From Isurus oxyrinchus (lineage: Eukaryota): a stretch of 64,000 bases of DNA. Positions within the stretch are counted from its first letter, which is position 1; every line of letters begins with the position of its first letter. The notes under the pieces are model-generated. The model was given only the letters and a program-made list of their open reading frames with translations, was not told the origin of the DNA and made no database searches. The position numbers and the translations under genes are program-made. The stretch covers positions 139,996,001 through 140,060,000 of the forward strand of contig JANJGN010000004.1 of NCBI GenBank assembly GCA_026770705.1, written 5' to 3'. Below, in pieces: positions 12,860 to 26,090 of this stretch.

Positions 12860-15520
12860 CAGCATCGAATGAAGCTTTGTGGGTAGAGCTTAGGAATAAA
12901 AAAAAGGGGCAACCCCATTATTAGGTGTTTATTATAGACCCCCAGAAAGTCAGAGGGAAATTGAGGACAAATATGTGCACAATTTGTGGAGGTGTGTAAA
13001 AACAATAACAACAGGGTAATTATATTAGGTGATTTCAACTTTCCCAACATTAATTGGGATAGACATAGTGTTAAGGGCTAAGATGGAGTAGATCTCTTGA
13101 AATGCGTACAGGAGAACTTTTTAGGTCAATATGTAGAGGGTCCAATAAGGGACAGCGCAGTGCTGGACCTAATTCTGGGGAATGAAGCCGGACAGGTGGC
13201 TGAGGTGGTGGTGGGCGAGCATTTTAGTGAAAGCGACCGCAACATGGTACAGTTTAAGCTTGTTATGGACAAAGAAATTGACAAGTTGCAAAAAAATGTT
13301 TTAGATTGGGGAAGAGTGGATTTTAGCAAAATAAGGCAAGATCTGGCCAAGGTAGACTGGGAACAGTTACTTATGGGGAAATCTACAGAGGAACAGTGGG
13401 GGGGGGGGGGGTGGTGTTCAAAAAGAAAATGGGGGGTGGGGGGAGATACATGCTTAACATGTTCCCTCTAGGGTGATAGGAAGGAGTAACAAGCCCAGAG
13501 AATCATGGATGACAAGAGATATTCAGGTAATGATGAGAAGAAAAAGAGAGGCTGTTAGCAGGTACAAGGGAAGCAAATCAGCAGAGGCATTGGTGGAGTA
13601 CAGAAAGTGCAGGGTGGAGCTTAAGAAAGCAATTAGGACAGCAAAGAGGGGATATGAGAAAGCTCTGGCTGGTTAAAGTAGGGAAAATCCCAAGATATTC
13701 TATAAGTATATCAATGGGAAGAGGATAACCAGGGAAAGAGTAGGGCCCATAAAGGATCAAGTGGGTAATCTATGGGTGGAGCCAGAGGACATCGCTAGAG
13801 TGTTGAATGAATACTTCACATCCGCCTTCACCCAAGAGAATGAGGATGAAGGTATGGAACTCGGGGAGAGAGACTGCGAGGTTCTTGAGCAAATTGATAT
13901 AAGGAGTGACAAGGTATTGGAGATGTTGGCAGGCTTAAAAGTGGACAAATCTCCAGGTCCGGATGATTTGTGTCCTAGACTGCTGAGGGAGGCAAGGGAG
14001 GAGATCTCAGGGGTTCTGACCCAAATTTCTAATTCCTCTCTGGCCATGGGGGAGGTGCCATAGGACTGGAGAACAGCTAATGTGGTTCCGCTATTTAAGA
14101 AAGGTTGTAGAGATATGCCAGGGAACTACAGACCAGTGAGTCTCACGTCAGTGGTAGGAAAACTATTGGAGAAAATTCTGAAGGAGAGTATTTATCTCCA
14201 CTTGGAGAGGCAAGGTTTGATCAGGAATGGTCAGCAAGGCTTTGTCAGAGGGAGGTCATGCCGAACAAATTTGACTGAATTGAGGAAATGACCAGGTGTG
14301 TAGATGAGGGTAGTGCAGTTGATGTAGTTTATATGGATTTCAGCAAAGCCTTTGACAAGGTCCCACACGGGAGACTTATAAAGAAGGCAAAGGCACATGG
14401 GATACAGGGTAATTTGATAAGGTAGATTCAAAATTGGCTTAGTTGTAGGAGGCAGAGGGTGATGTCAGAAGGCTGCTTTAGTGACTGGAAGCCAGTGTCT
14501 AGTGGCGTAACACAGGAATCTGTGCTGGGTCCCCTATCATTTGTCATTTATATAAACGACATAGATGACTATGTGGGGGTTGGATAAGTAAGTTTGCGGA
14601 TGACACAAAGATTGGCCGGCTGGTTAACAGTGAAGTTGAGTGTCTTGGGCTAGAGGAAGATATAGGCGGGATGGTCATATGGGCAGATAAGTGGCAGATA
14701 GAATTTAACCCTGAAAAGTGTGAGATGATACACTTTGGAAGGAGTGATCTGACAAGGAAGCATTCAATGAATGGCATGACACTAGGGAGTTCTGAGGAAC
14801 AAAGGGACCTTGGTGTGTGTGTCCATAGATCTCTGAAGGCCGAGGGGCATGTTAGTGGGGTGGTGAAAAAGGCATATGGGACACTTGCCTTTATCAATCG
14901 AGGCATAGATTACAAAAGTAGGGAGGTCATGTTGGAGTTGTATAGAACCTTGGTGAGGCCACAGCTGGAGTACTGTGTACAGTACTGGTCGCCACATTAT
15001 AGGAAGGATGTGATTGCACTGGAGGGGGTGCACAGGAGATTCACCAGGATGTTGCCTGGGATGAAACATTTAAGTTATGAAGAGAGGTCGGAAAGACTTG
15101 GGTTGTTTTCGTTGGAGCAGAGAAGACTGAGGGGTGACCTGATCGAGGTGTACAAGATTATGAGGGGCATGGACAGGGTGGATAGGGAGCAGCTGTTCCC
15201 CTTAGTTGAAGGGTCAGTCACAAGGGGGCATAAGTTCAAGGTGAGGGGCAGGAGGTTTAGGGGGGATGTGAGGAAAAACTTTTTTACCCAGAGAGTGGTG
15301 ACGGTCTGGAATCCACTGCCTGGGAGGGTGGTGGAGGTGGGTTGCCTCACATCCTTTAAAAAGTACCTGGATGAGTACTTGGCACGTCATAACATTCAAG
15401 GCTATGGGCCAAGTGCTGGTAAATGGGATTAATTAGGTAGGTCAGGTGTTTCTCACATGTCAGTGCAGACTCGATGAGCCGAAGGGCCTCTTCTGCACTG
15501 TGATTCTGTGATTCTGTGAA
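12860..15520 (+). mobile_element. Relatively young 5'-truncated CR1 LINE (copy 1)
   Basis: APE C-terminal half, RT (DFSKAFDKVPH, FADDTK) and a 253-aa open C-terminal frame, ending in a (ctgtgatt)n tail. Confidence 0.95.
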
Positions 15521-15547
15521 TAGGCTGGCACAACAGGGGAGAAATTC

Positions 15548-16420
15548 ACGGACTGGATTTTATGCTAAGGGCGGGCTTCCCGCACCCCAGCAAATATTTT
15601 GGGAGCAAGCCCACCTCAGCTGAGCTGGCTTGCCCTGCTTCAATTTTTGGGCAATGGGCTTTTAATTAGTATGAGGTGGGACTTCCCTGCTCCTTCAGGA
15701 GGATGTCCCGCCTCAAAGAGCTATCAGTCAATTGGAGGCCGGCAGTCTGCCCACCAGCAGCGTCATGCAAGAGCAGTGGCCACAGCTGGTTCTGCAGACA
15801 GGCCAAGGAGATGACGTTCGGCGATGGACCCAGACATTGAGGTCTCACTGCAGCCAGGCTGACAGGCCCCAGAGAAGTGGGTGGGGGTATGTTGGACATG
15901 GTGGGGAGGATAGGGCAGAAATAGGGAAGGAGAACTGGGGGAGGATGGCCTCCAATTGATACAGGAAGCCTGGGAAGGAGGCACTCCTCCCTTTCACTAA
16001 CAACAAGTAGCCCATAGGGTTAAACCTGCCGGGCTGCACCTTGGGCATGGTCCTCTCCCACTGCCTGACAGATCGGAGTGGGGGCGGGATGAGGCTGTTA
16101 ATTGGGCATTAATTGCCCACTTAATGGCCTCAATTGGGCCACGGGTGAGCAATGCAAATGGCACCTCCCTGACCGGTAAAATTGTGGTCGCCGATGGCAC
16201 AGCGCCCTAATTTATGGGTCCACTCGCCTGTTTTACAGCACCATGGGTGGGGGACTATAACTGGATACAGCAAAGAGTCCAGAACAGGGGAGGGTTATTT
16301 TACCTATTCCCATTAGGTTCCTCTGGCAGTTCTGAGTGAGCCACAGTGCACCAAGCATCCCAGAAAATCCAAACACTGCACTGCCAATGGGAAGTGTAAG
16401 TTTTACTGGGACAAAGAACT
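15548..16420. mobile_element. Degenerate Harbinger-type MITE-like sequence
   Basis: ctggatttt start, palindromic ttaattgggcattaattgcccacttaa and aaaattgtgg/aaaatcc ends resemble the better preserved MITEs in this window. Confidence 0.45.
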
Positions 16421-17008
16421 GGTGTATGTACCATTGTGGGTCAATGACCTTAAGAAACGTTGCCCCTCTGTGTTCCAAGGCGATTCAAATAAATTATGAA
16501 GCCAATTGAGTTTGTCTCAATCCAGACTTTGGGCTTCCTTTCAGAGTGGGGAGCTGCTGATTCGAGGAACGCTGCTTCGGTGACCTGGATGTTTTTTGCT
16601 TTGCTACAATAAGTGCAATTATCTAACCTGAATATTAAATGATCCTTCCCTGAGATTTGTGATGGGATCACCGACAGGTCACAAGATTGGTGGAAGTTCC
16701 ACCTCACATTTCTATTACCTTAACATGTTTCAGATTCCTACTTTATTAACTAATGCAATGTTACTTGAGCGTTCAGAAAATTTAACAGACATTAAGCTGA
16801 AAATGTACTGCCATTCACACCCTTTACATGAATATAAATAAACTGGGAACAATGTTTGATTTCTTCTATGTGGCTTAGCTTGATCAATATATATTTGAAT
16901 AATTCACATCATAGTACGAAAAGGAAACAAACTAACAGGTTATCTTGTTTAATTTCAAATCTATTTGAAATGTATAATTTAACATTGTTCTAATCAATAT
17001 TTTGTTAC

Positions 17009-17188
17009 CTAGGGATCCAAATTCTCTACTGACAAACAGCTGAATGGTTTTATTTCCTTCCTGAATGGAAACAGTTTGAGATGACAGAGCAAACTTCACT
17101 ACCCCATGTGGCTCATCACTGGCCTCCACTGTAAGAACAGCTTCGTATCCCTGGCTATCAATAGTAGCTGCACCTGTTGAGGGAACAC
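17009..17188 (-). CDS. ADGRV1: ADGRV1 coding exon G (180 bp)
   Basis: Acceptor tggcag|GT, donor G|gtaaca. Encodes GVPSTGAATIDSQGYEAVLTVEASDEPHGVVKFALSSQTVSIQEGNKTIQLFVSREFGSL. Confidence 0.96.
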
Positions 17189-18196
17189 CTGCCAAACAAG
17201 AATAAAAAAAAGAGAATCCTCTTCTTTTCTTAAAAACACAAGTTAATTGTAAGCATAGTGCATTATCTTTCAGAAATCACACATGCTCCACCAGACATAT
17301 TGTTATGGCTCCGTTAAGAAACTTCCACCTGGAAGTTCAAATCACATGCAGGGTTTGGAGGAGTTGGGAAGAGTTATCCGTAAGATGAAAGAAAGATGGC
17401 TGGAGCAAAGTTGATTTAATTCATCTCTCATGTTTCCCAATCAATCAAGGAGGAACACTGTTAACATTTTTGGACATATGCATATACTGCACCACCCAGC
17501 TGCAGCCATTCCAGGAAAAGGTGTGTAGGAAGCAGATGGCTACCTTGGAGTTGATAACAAGGAAAACAGGTACAAAACGTTATGAGGTACTGGGGAAGAA
17601 TCAGTTAGGAGGAAGCTAAGAGTGTTAACTAAAATTAGGTTAAATTTTCATCTTCACTATATGAGGAGTAACCAAGCAGAGCATATCACCCGCCCTTACA
17701 GAACCCATCCCATTTCTTTAAAAGGAATTCAATGCAATGAAAATCAAACAGATTCTGTAACAGGAGGAAATCTACACCACTTATTGGAGAGGATGAAAAT
17801 TTACCTGGAGGCAGGTGGTAAGCCCATTTAAAATAGAAATTGAGATTCTGTAACATCAGTGGGTGGACAATTTCCCATTTTGGTCAGGGCATAGTTGCAT
17901 AAAGCATGTTCAACAATCAGCTGCTTGCTCAGGCAAAGCAGCCCCGCTAAGCTCTAAAGATATAGCGTGGGCTGCTGCTACAGCAGCTGTTTCCCCCAGA
18001 TGAAACATCATCCTCCCACCTAACCACCTCCCCACACCTGCAAGTAGGCCTACTTTCTGCGGCCAGAGGCTGGCAGTCCAGAGCCAGTGGACTGACCTGG
18101 GTCGCTCAAACTCCGGCCATACCATGCTGTCTCAATTCAAATGCAACCGGCCCCTAAATGTGAACAAGGTCTCCCCTGAGGCTACTCAGTCCACTT

Positions 18197-18249
18197 GGTG
18201 GTGGTGGTGGTGGTGGTGGTGGTGGTGGTGGTGGGGGGAGGGGGGGGGG
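18197..18249 (+). repeat. (GGT)12 microsatellite followed by a G-run
   Basis: Directly visible. G-quadruplex-capable on the + strand, about 180 bp into the intron after exon F. Confidence 0.95.
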
Positions 18250-18429
18250 ATATAATTCATTCCATCATCTCCATGAGACTCGTCTCCTGCTCCTTTGATC
18301 CTCTCCTAACTCAACCTCCTTACAAGCCTTCTTACTAGCAGTCACCTACAATGAATCCCTTTCTTTATGCACTTTCATAAATCATATTCTCATAACCACA
18401 AAAATACATGACTTAATGTTGCATATTAC

Positions 18430-18529
18430 CTTGAGTTCTTATATTTGACAAAATAATTCTGTATTCCTCCTTTTCTTCAGGAATACCATCATCAAATAGG
18501 TGGACAAGAAGAGATGCATTTAAAATACC
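18430..18529 (-). CDS. ADGRV1: ADGRV1 coding exon F (100 bp, not in ORF track)
   Basis: Acceptor ctctag|GGT, donor G|gtaata. Encodes GILNASLLVHLFDDGIPEEKEEYRIILSNIRTQ. Phase 0 to 1. Confidence 0.95.
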
Positions 18530-18929
18530 CTAGAGGTTATAGAGATTGAACACACTATTAGATTAGAGAGAGAATACAACAGAAACATATACAGAAAATC
18601 ATGGAATCAGGTAGGGCAAGTACTATACCAGCACAGCAATCATAAGAAATGAAACTTCCAGTAAAGATATAATGGTAAAAAGTACAATGGATTTAAAAAG
18701 AAGAGTGGTAGGGAAACTATTTGTCAAAGTTTTCATTGGAAAATAAGTGTATGAAGATGCCCTGATAAGCTTTGGCTTCTGGGGAGTGGCTGATGAAATA
18801 CCTCATTCTGGCACAATGATTTTTCTCGATTATCAATGAGTTTATCTCAGCAAGTGTTTCATAGTTGTGAATGGCAACCCAAAGCACAAATATGAGTTTA
18901 AATTAGTCACTTCAATAATAGAAATAAAG

Positions 18930-19560
18930 GACAGGAGTGTGTTTTTTGTGAAAAAGTGGTTCCTGATTACTTTTCTAAATGGTTTAACACTAATTTTAAG
19001 CTTATGTCATCCTAATTTGGATTCCCCCACCAGAGGAAGTAGTTTCTGTCCTATTAAATCCCATAATCATTTTAAACACCGTGATCAGATCACCCCTCAA
19101 CCTTCTATATTCAAGGGAATAAAAGTCAAGTTTACTCAATAAAATATCAACATTTTAACCCCCAGTATTAAGTGCATCTGCACCGTACCCTCTCCACTCA
19201 AGGCATTACAGGTTGCAAGTTTGGGAGCTGCTGTTACAGAAGCCTTGGTGAATTGTTGTTGTGCACCCTATACGTACTGTGGTCGAGGCTGGCCAATGGT
19301 GAAGGTGTGCGTGTTTAGGTGAATGAATGAAGTTCCGATCAAGTGGTCTGCTTTGTCCTGGGTGGTTTGAGCTTTTTGAATGTTATTGCAGCTACACTCT
19401 CCAGCCAAGTGGAGAGTATTCCAGAACAGTCGTGATTTATGTTTTGTAGATGGTGGAAAGGGTTTGGGAAAGCTGGAGATGAGCCACTCACTACAGAATA
19501 CCCAATCTCTGATCTGCTCTAGTTGTCACTTGTCCAGCTGAATTCCTGGTCAATGCTGAC
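18930..19560 (-). mobile_element. Old CR1 fragment followed by a LINE family B fragment
   Basis: cagatcacccctcaaccttcta is CR1 RGDLI in antisense. It is followed by family B text (gagctgctgttacagaagccttggtg...ctctgatctgctct). Confidence 0.65.
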
Positions 19561-20024
19561 CCCCCTCTCTCCTCCAGCAGGATCTTGCGGGGACTCGGCC
19601 GCCCTGAGGAATACCTGCAGCTATGGCGACAGGAAGAGGCCCTTACGCAGCCATTAATTAGCCTCCTGACGACTCGCCCATAATGGATAAAATTGTGGCA
19701 TGGTAGGCAATAAGGCACCAAGAATAGCACCCATAGAAGAGCACTAAATTTTTAAGGGTCCCCGCAGCCTGCCAACTCTCTCATGGGGACAGGCTATGAA
19801 ATCCAGCTCATTGTTTAAGTGTTTCAATTATTCTAAGCTTTTTACATACTTTGTTCATACCAATCAGTGAATTAGCATTTGCTTCTCCCTCAGCCCTGCC
19901 CCAACTTACAACACCAGCAGCCTTTCCCTTTCACTGGCATCCTTAAAGCAATAAAATGCACGGACCTGGTGAAGCACAATAAGCAAAAAAAAAACATTGA
20001 AAGGCTGCATGTACACCAGTACAT

Positions 20025-21065
20025 AAAATGGACAATAGCAGCATGGATGAAAAATTGGCTAGTAACAGAAAATGGTCATTTCTCAGACCGGGGGAAGGTT
20101 CACAGTGGGGATCCCCAGAAGTCAGCATTAGGACTCCTATTTTTTTGGATCTGTATTAATGACCTAGACTTGGATGTACACAATTTCAAACTTGGAAGTA
20201 TTGTAAATTGTGAAGAGGATTGTGATAAATCTCAAGAGGATTCAGATAGGGTGGTAGATTGGGCAGACATGTGACCGATAAAACTTAATGCAGAGAAGTG
20301 TGAAGTGATACATTTTGGTAGGTTGATCAAGAGGAGGCAATATAAATTGACATGTACAATTCTTAAGGGGGAGCAGGATCAAAGAGATTTGGGGTATATG
20401 TGTACAAACTGTTGAAGATGGCAGGGCTGAGAAAGTAGCTAAAAAGGCATATGGAATTGTGGGCTTCATCAATAATGGCATAGAGTTCGAAAGCAAGAAG
20501 TTATGCAAAACACTGGTTCAACCTCAGCTGGTACGGTGTCCAATTCTGGGCACCAAACTTTAGAGAGGGTATGGAGGCATTAGAAATGGACAGAAAAAAT
20601 TGATGAGAATGGCACCAGTGAAGACTGACTTCAGTTAAGTGAATAGATTGGAGAAGTTGTCCTTTGAGAAGAGGAGGTTGAGAGGAGATTTGATAGAGAT
20701 GTTCCAAATTATGAGTGGTCTCAATAGGTTACATAGAGAGAAACTGTTCCCATTGGTGGAAGGATAAGAACAAGAGGACACAGATTTAAGGTGATTAACA
20801 AACAAAACAAAGCAACATGACAATAAATGTGTTTATTCAGTGAGTGATTATGATATGGAATGCACTGGCTGAGAAGGTGGTGGAGGCAGATTCAACCATA
20901 GCTTTCAAAAGGGAATTAGATAAGTATCTGAAGGGAAAAAAATTGCAGGGCTATGGAGAAAGGGCAGGGATTGGGACTAACCAAACTGCTCTTGCAGAGA
21001 GCCAGCATAGACCCGATGGGCTGAATAGCCTCCTTCTGTGCTGTAACCACTCTATCATTCAATGA
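20025..21065 (+). mobile_element. Decayed CR1 3' portion
   Basis: WMKNWL, CINDLD, IWNALAEKVVEADS...FKRELDKYL, and the tail ctgtgctgtaaccactctat. Confidence 0.88.
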
Positions 21066-21799
21066 GCAATGTGCACACATTCTGGGCATACAAGCGTATT
21101 CTCTCTCTCTCAATTTATTTTCACTTCAATTTCTGAAATACAGCAAAAAAGATGTTTATGAAGGTTGATTTTTATTCCCTCTGTTGGTTGGGATTAATTT
21201 GGTAGCATGTTGAATTTGGCAGCACAGCAGTTATTGGCCCATTCTGCCAACAGTGGAGTCTTCATGCTTTGCTTGAAATGTGCAGTCCACACATTCCCCA
21301 GAAATGGATGGAAGCCCTATTAGCCCATGTACATCAGGGTCCTAAAATGTCAACAGAACCCTTACAGAATTTTATAACACCAATGAACTGAGAATGTACT
21401 GTGCATACTCCAGTCATTGGTGTTTGGCATTGAACTGTCTAACCAATGGTCCTTAAATAAGTTGCTCTGAAACGTTTTAAAATGATTTGCAAATGTGATG
21501 TAAGATCAGAAGGACCATGTCTCCTAGTCCCTTAAAGATCAGCCCTCATGAGTTCTGATTCTATGCAGCCCTTCCTAGAGATCGCCTCCCTCCCACAACT
21601 TACTCAGTGCTAAGCCACCAGATTTCCTGCTTCTTCTGAACATTGGACTGCTCTAAGTGCACAAACAACTCACAAACAGAATGAGAATTGGTTGGTTCAC
21701 AGATCTCCTTCATCAAGCGTTCTATTCATTCCACCTGTCCAGTGCTCAATGGATGCACTCCAAGGAACAATTACCCCGCTGAGTGAAAAATTCCAGGAA

Positions 21800-22010
21800 A
21801 ATGAAAATGCTGGAAACCTAAAATAAGAACAGAAAATGCTGGAAATACACAACAGGTGTAAAGACAAAAGACAAGTTAACATTCAAGTACAGGCCCCATG
21901 TTAGAACTTTCTGACACAGAGCCTAAACCTAAAATATTAACACGTATTTTCTCTTTGCAGTTGCTGACAGACCTACAGAATACTTCCAGCATTTCATGCT
22001 TTATTCCACT
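21800..22010. mobile_element. Decayed Penelope-like terminal repeats in inverted arrangement
   Basis: aacagaaaatgctggaaatac...gttaac followed by its inverse ...ttccagcatttc. Same family as 36047-36184 and 44883-45024. Confidence 0.55.
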
Positions 22011-22149
22011 TTTGGGATAGGTCCTGCTAAAAATGCCTGAAGAATAGTTTGAACAATAATTGTAGTTGGGAATTTTATTTATTGCTCTCTTGTTTCCTCT
22101 CTGCAAACAACCATCCTACAGTATAGCTGGAAACATTGTTTCCCCAAGT

Positions 22150-22490
22150 TTTTTTTATGTTCTGGAGAAAGGTGACTTAGCCAAGGCCACACTTATTGTC
22201 CCTTCCTATCCTGGTTGCCCTGATTTGCTATGTAATTTAGTATAGGTCTGCAGTTACATGTAGGCCAGTCACAGGTAAAGGTGGCAAGCTCCCTCTGCTG
22301 AAGGAGTTTCGTGATCTAATAGAATTTATGTGACAATCCAGCAGCTTTTATGGGCATTTTTTCTGTTGCATCCTGTAAATCACCCGGCATACTGAGTTCA
22401 ATTTCACAAATTGCTGTGATGGGATTTGACCTCTTAACCTCTAGGATAATGGCAATAGTACCATAATCACTGCACCACCACACTCCATGT
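22150..22490 (-). mobile_element. tRNA-derived SINE, old copy
   Basis: Colinear with 30695-31100 (ggtaaaggtggcaag..., gggatttgac..., cactgcaccacc). Confidence 0.65.
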
Positions 22491-22824
22491 AAAATTGGTT
22501 AATTGTTCATTGATTTACTGGAGTTCTGCCATGAATATGGTTAGCATTCTAAACCTTCCAGTTTTCCAGTGTTTTGTCTTTCATGATACTTAATTGTAAG
22601 TCTAATAAATTCAGGAAGAGGATGATGAAAAACTAGATTAAAACTAGCAGTAAATAGCAGATACTATCATTTATCAGCACACCAGCAAACTGTAATGATT
22701 ATTTGACCCTAGTTTTAAAGCACAAGCATTTTATTTTGCTCACGGCAAGTTAAACAATGTGTCCATTAATTAAAAGAAGTAACCACTGTGCTCAGTAATT
22801 CTGGGGAGTTTTCTAATTACTTAC

Positions 22825-22955
22825 TTCCGAAAGAAAAAGGGTCCCGTTAATATCCACAAAATCTTCCTGAGCATATTTCCCATGAATGATCCAGTCAACA
22901 GTAATGTTTCCCTGTCCAAGACCACTCCTTTCAATCCAGAACAGCAAACTTTCTC
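22825..22955 (-). CDS. ADGRV1: ADGRV1 coding exon E (131 bp, not in ORF track)
   Basis: Acceptor ttgtag|GA, donor GAA|gtaagt. Hand translation GESLLFWIERSGLGQGNITVDWIIHGKYAQEDFVDINGTLFLSE. Phase 1 to 0. Confidence 0.93.
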
Positions 22956-23633
22956 CTACAAATTAGGAAGCAGAATCAGATTGGACCATCAACCCAATTT
23001 TTACAGGCAAGAAGCTGTATGTTGATCAGTCATGCATCATGGCTCATTAACCAAACACTTCATGCAAAGTTGTACAGATAAAATAAAAACAAAAAAAAAC
23101 AAACATTTGTTGGACCTTGCAGTACTTAAATGTTCAGCCTACATACGGCAAATATAACAAATTAAAATTTTTGAGGTTAACTCAACTGAGAAAGACTTTC
23201 TTTTTCCAAATACCTATGACCGAGAGGAATTCTTTGAATCCAGAATATGTTGTGCAACACAACACAAAAGAATTTTATGACAGTAAAAGCACAATTTTTA
23301 TTTAAACCCATTGCTTTCTAGGTGTAAAACACTTATCAATTGCACTCTGCACATCAGAACTGAAAACATCTAGTTCCCAAGTTTTGTTAAAGAAATCGGT
23401 ATTATAAAAGCCAATACCATACTACATGCTTTAGAATGAAAAGTCACAAAGTTTTATCTATGAAGGAGGCACATAGTGCCTGGACATCCCATGAAATGCA
23501 GTTAACAAAAGCCACAACAGGGTGACAATTTAGTAAAGATTTTGACTTAACGGGTTCACTTATGAAACAATTACATAATAACTAAATTAATACACCTTCC
23601 ATTTATTTCTGTGCAACAGGACCAATTGACACT

Positions 23634-23922
23634 AGGCAGGATGAGGTTTCATTGTCACATGAGGGGGACATGTTAATGTTTTTTTTATTTTTCTATTTTG
23701 ACACTTTAAAGCACTGTCAGTGATCTCCCTGAGACAGCACTTAGTCTCAGGGAGCGCACGCATGCGCGAAAGAGTGCACTTTGACAATTGCCTCCCCCAC
23801 GCACGGGAAGCGCTTCCCGTCGGGCAGACCGCTGGGCGGGTCTTCATTGGCCCGCCCACTTAAAATGGCAGTGGGGCCCCCTTCGGCAGCAGAGTTTGGC
23901 TGCCTAGGGCAAAATTCTGCCC
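23634..23922 (+). mobile_element. Harbinger MITE, 5'-deleted copy
   Basis: Ends in TIR aaaattctgccc, and is internally colinear with 25496-26090. Confidence 0.85.
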
Positions 23923-24109
23923 ATAGTCTGTGCTGTAACCATTCTACCAGGTAAATTCATTGTTCCCATAGTTTCATCAAGGCTTCATGCTTGAAAAGAA
24001 CCAAGTTGAGATTCGTCACTGCAGGGTTAGAAGGCTATCTTAAGTTCATGCTCCATTTAAGCCATATGGGAAGAGTTGGAAGTCGGGGAAATTTTCTTAT
24101 TTGTACTTC

Positions 24110-25180
24110 TTGCCACAGTATTTTTCTGGCTGGTCCAGTTCAGTTTCTGGTCAATAGTAACCCCCAGGATGTTGGTAGTCGGGGATATAGTGATAGTAAT
24201 GGCATTGAATGTCAAGAGGAGTTAGTTAGATTCTCTCTTGTTGGAAATGGTCATTGCCTGCCACTTGTATGGCACGAATGCTATTTGTCACTTATCAGTT
24301 CAAGCCTGAATGTTGTCTCGATCTGCTGCATTTAGACATGGATTGCTTCAGTGTCTGAGGACTCATAAATGGTCCTGAACATTGTGCAATCATCAGCGAG
24401 CTTCCTCACTTATGATCTTATGATGGAGGGAAGGTCATTGATGAAGCAGCTGAAGATATTTGGGCCTAGAACATGACCCTGAGAAACTCCTGCAGTGATG
24501 TACCGGTACTGAGATGATTGACCTTAAACAACCACAACCATTTTCCTTTGTGCTATGTATGACTTCAACCAATGGAGAGTTTTCCCCATGATTCCTATTA
24601 GTTTCAGTTTTGCTAGGGCTCCTTGATGCCACACTCGGTCAAATGCTGTCTGGCTGTCAAGACTAGTCACTCTCACCTCACCTCTGGAGTTCAGCTCTTT
24701 TGTCCATGTTATACCAAGGCTATAATGAAGTCTGGAGCTGAGTGACCCTGGCAGGACTCAAACTGAGCATCAGTGAGCAGGTTATTGCTGTGCAAGTGCC
24801 ATCAGATAGCACTAATGATGACACCTTCCATCACTTTACTAATGATCAAGGGTAGTAATGATCAAGGTGGTAATTGGCTGGGTTGGATTTGTCCTGCTTT
24901 TTGTGTACAGGACATACCCGGGCAATTTTCCACATTGCCAGGTAGACACCAGTGTTGTAACTGTACTGGAACAGCTTGGCGAGGGGCGCGGCTAGTTCTG
25001 GACCACAAGTCTTCAGTACTATTGCCAGAATATTGTCAGGGCCCATAGCCTTTGCAGTATCCAGTGCCTTCAGCCGCTTCTTGATATCACACAGAGTGAA
25101 TCAAATTGGCTGAAGACTGGCATCTGTGATGCTGGGAAGCTCAGTAGGAGGCTGAGACGGATCATCCACTCGGCACTATT
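24110..25180 (-). mobile_element. LINE family B RT fragment
   Basis: ORF GPDNILAIVLKTCGPELAAPLAKLFQYSYNTGVYLAMWKIARVCPVHKKQDKSNPANY is the pre-RT region of a non-LTR element. Confidence 0.88.
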
Positions 25181-25495
25181 GCACTCTTTGCAATACCTTT
25201 ATAAAATTTCAGTAAAAACAAGCATGAATCCGATATAGTTGAGGGTAGCAGTTATAAAAATTTTCAAATAATTATTTACAGGGTGATATAAAGATACACG
25301 TTCTTTGAATTGATTTTATTATTAAGAGAAACATAAAGATGTTCCATAAAGCTCAAGAAGGTGGCCTCTAAGGGAAGTTTATATGGAGGGAGAATTCAGA
25401 GGAGAGAGAGCAAGAGGAGCTGAAATGAACATTAAAGTAACTGAGGATGAGGATTCAGTCAATGTAGAAGCTGAGGGTGGAAAGGAGGTACAATT

Positions 25496-26090
25496 GGGCA
25501 GATTTTGCCGTCGGTGAGCAGGGGGCGGGGCCTGCTCGCCGACGTGTAAAATGACGCGGGATGACGTCGGGCGGAACCCCCGACATCACCGTGCCCCATT
25601 TAAATTTTCAGGAAGGCGGGGGCGCAGCAAAATCAGCTGCGGGCCCGGCAAATAGAGAAAACATGAAACCTCATCCAGTGGCAGGATGAGGTTTCATGCA
25701 GGGTTTTAAACATTTTAACAAAGTTATTTTGTAAATTATGAACATGTCCCAACTCATGTGACATTGTCACATGAGGGGGACATGTAAGGGATTTTTTTTC
25801 TATTTTTAATATTTTTCAAAAGTCCAGGCGATCTCCCTGAGGTTGCACTTAGCCTCAGGGAGATGTGTGCTCTTTTGTGCACATACGCGAAAGAGTACAC
25901 TCTCACTTTTAGGGAATCCCCCCCACCTCCACAGGGAGCGCATAGCGCCTCCTGCCGGACGTCACGCTGGGTAGGCCTAAATTGGCCCGTCCATGTAAAA
26001 TGGTGGTGCGGCCCACTTTGCTGGCGGGGATTGGCTCCGCGCCTGCCAGAGATTGGTTCGGGTCCGCCCATCAGGCAGAAAATTCTGCCC
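25496..26090 (+). mobile_element. Complete Harbinger-type MITE (595 bp)
   Basis: TIRs gggcagatttt...aaaattctgccc match those of the element at 35545-39812. Flanks att/aat. Three internal palindromes and CpG-rich. Confidence 0.88.

Noticed and set aside
13398-13443. Poly-G runs in CR1 copy 1 (and at 62558-62590) as functional G-quadruplex elements
   Set aside because: They are homopolymer expansions inside decayed repeats, prone to slippage and sequencing error, with no independent support.
14671-15432. 253-aa open frame as a functional or domesticated protein
   Set aside because: It is the CR1 ORF2 C-terminus of a 5'-truncated copy with upstream stops. An open frame is expected in a young copy.
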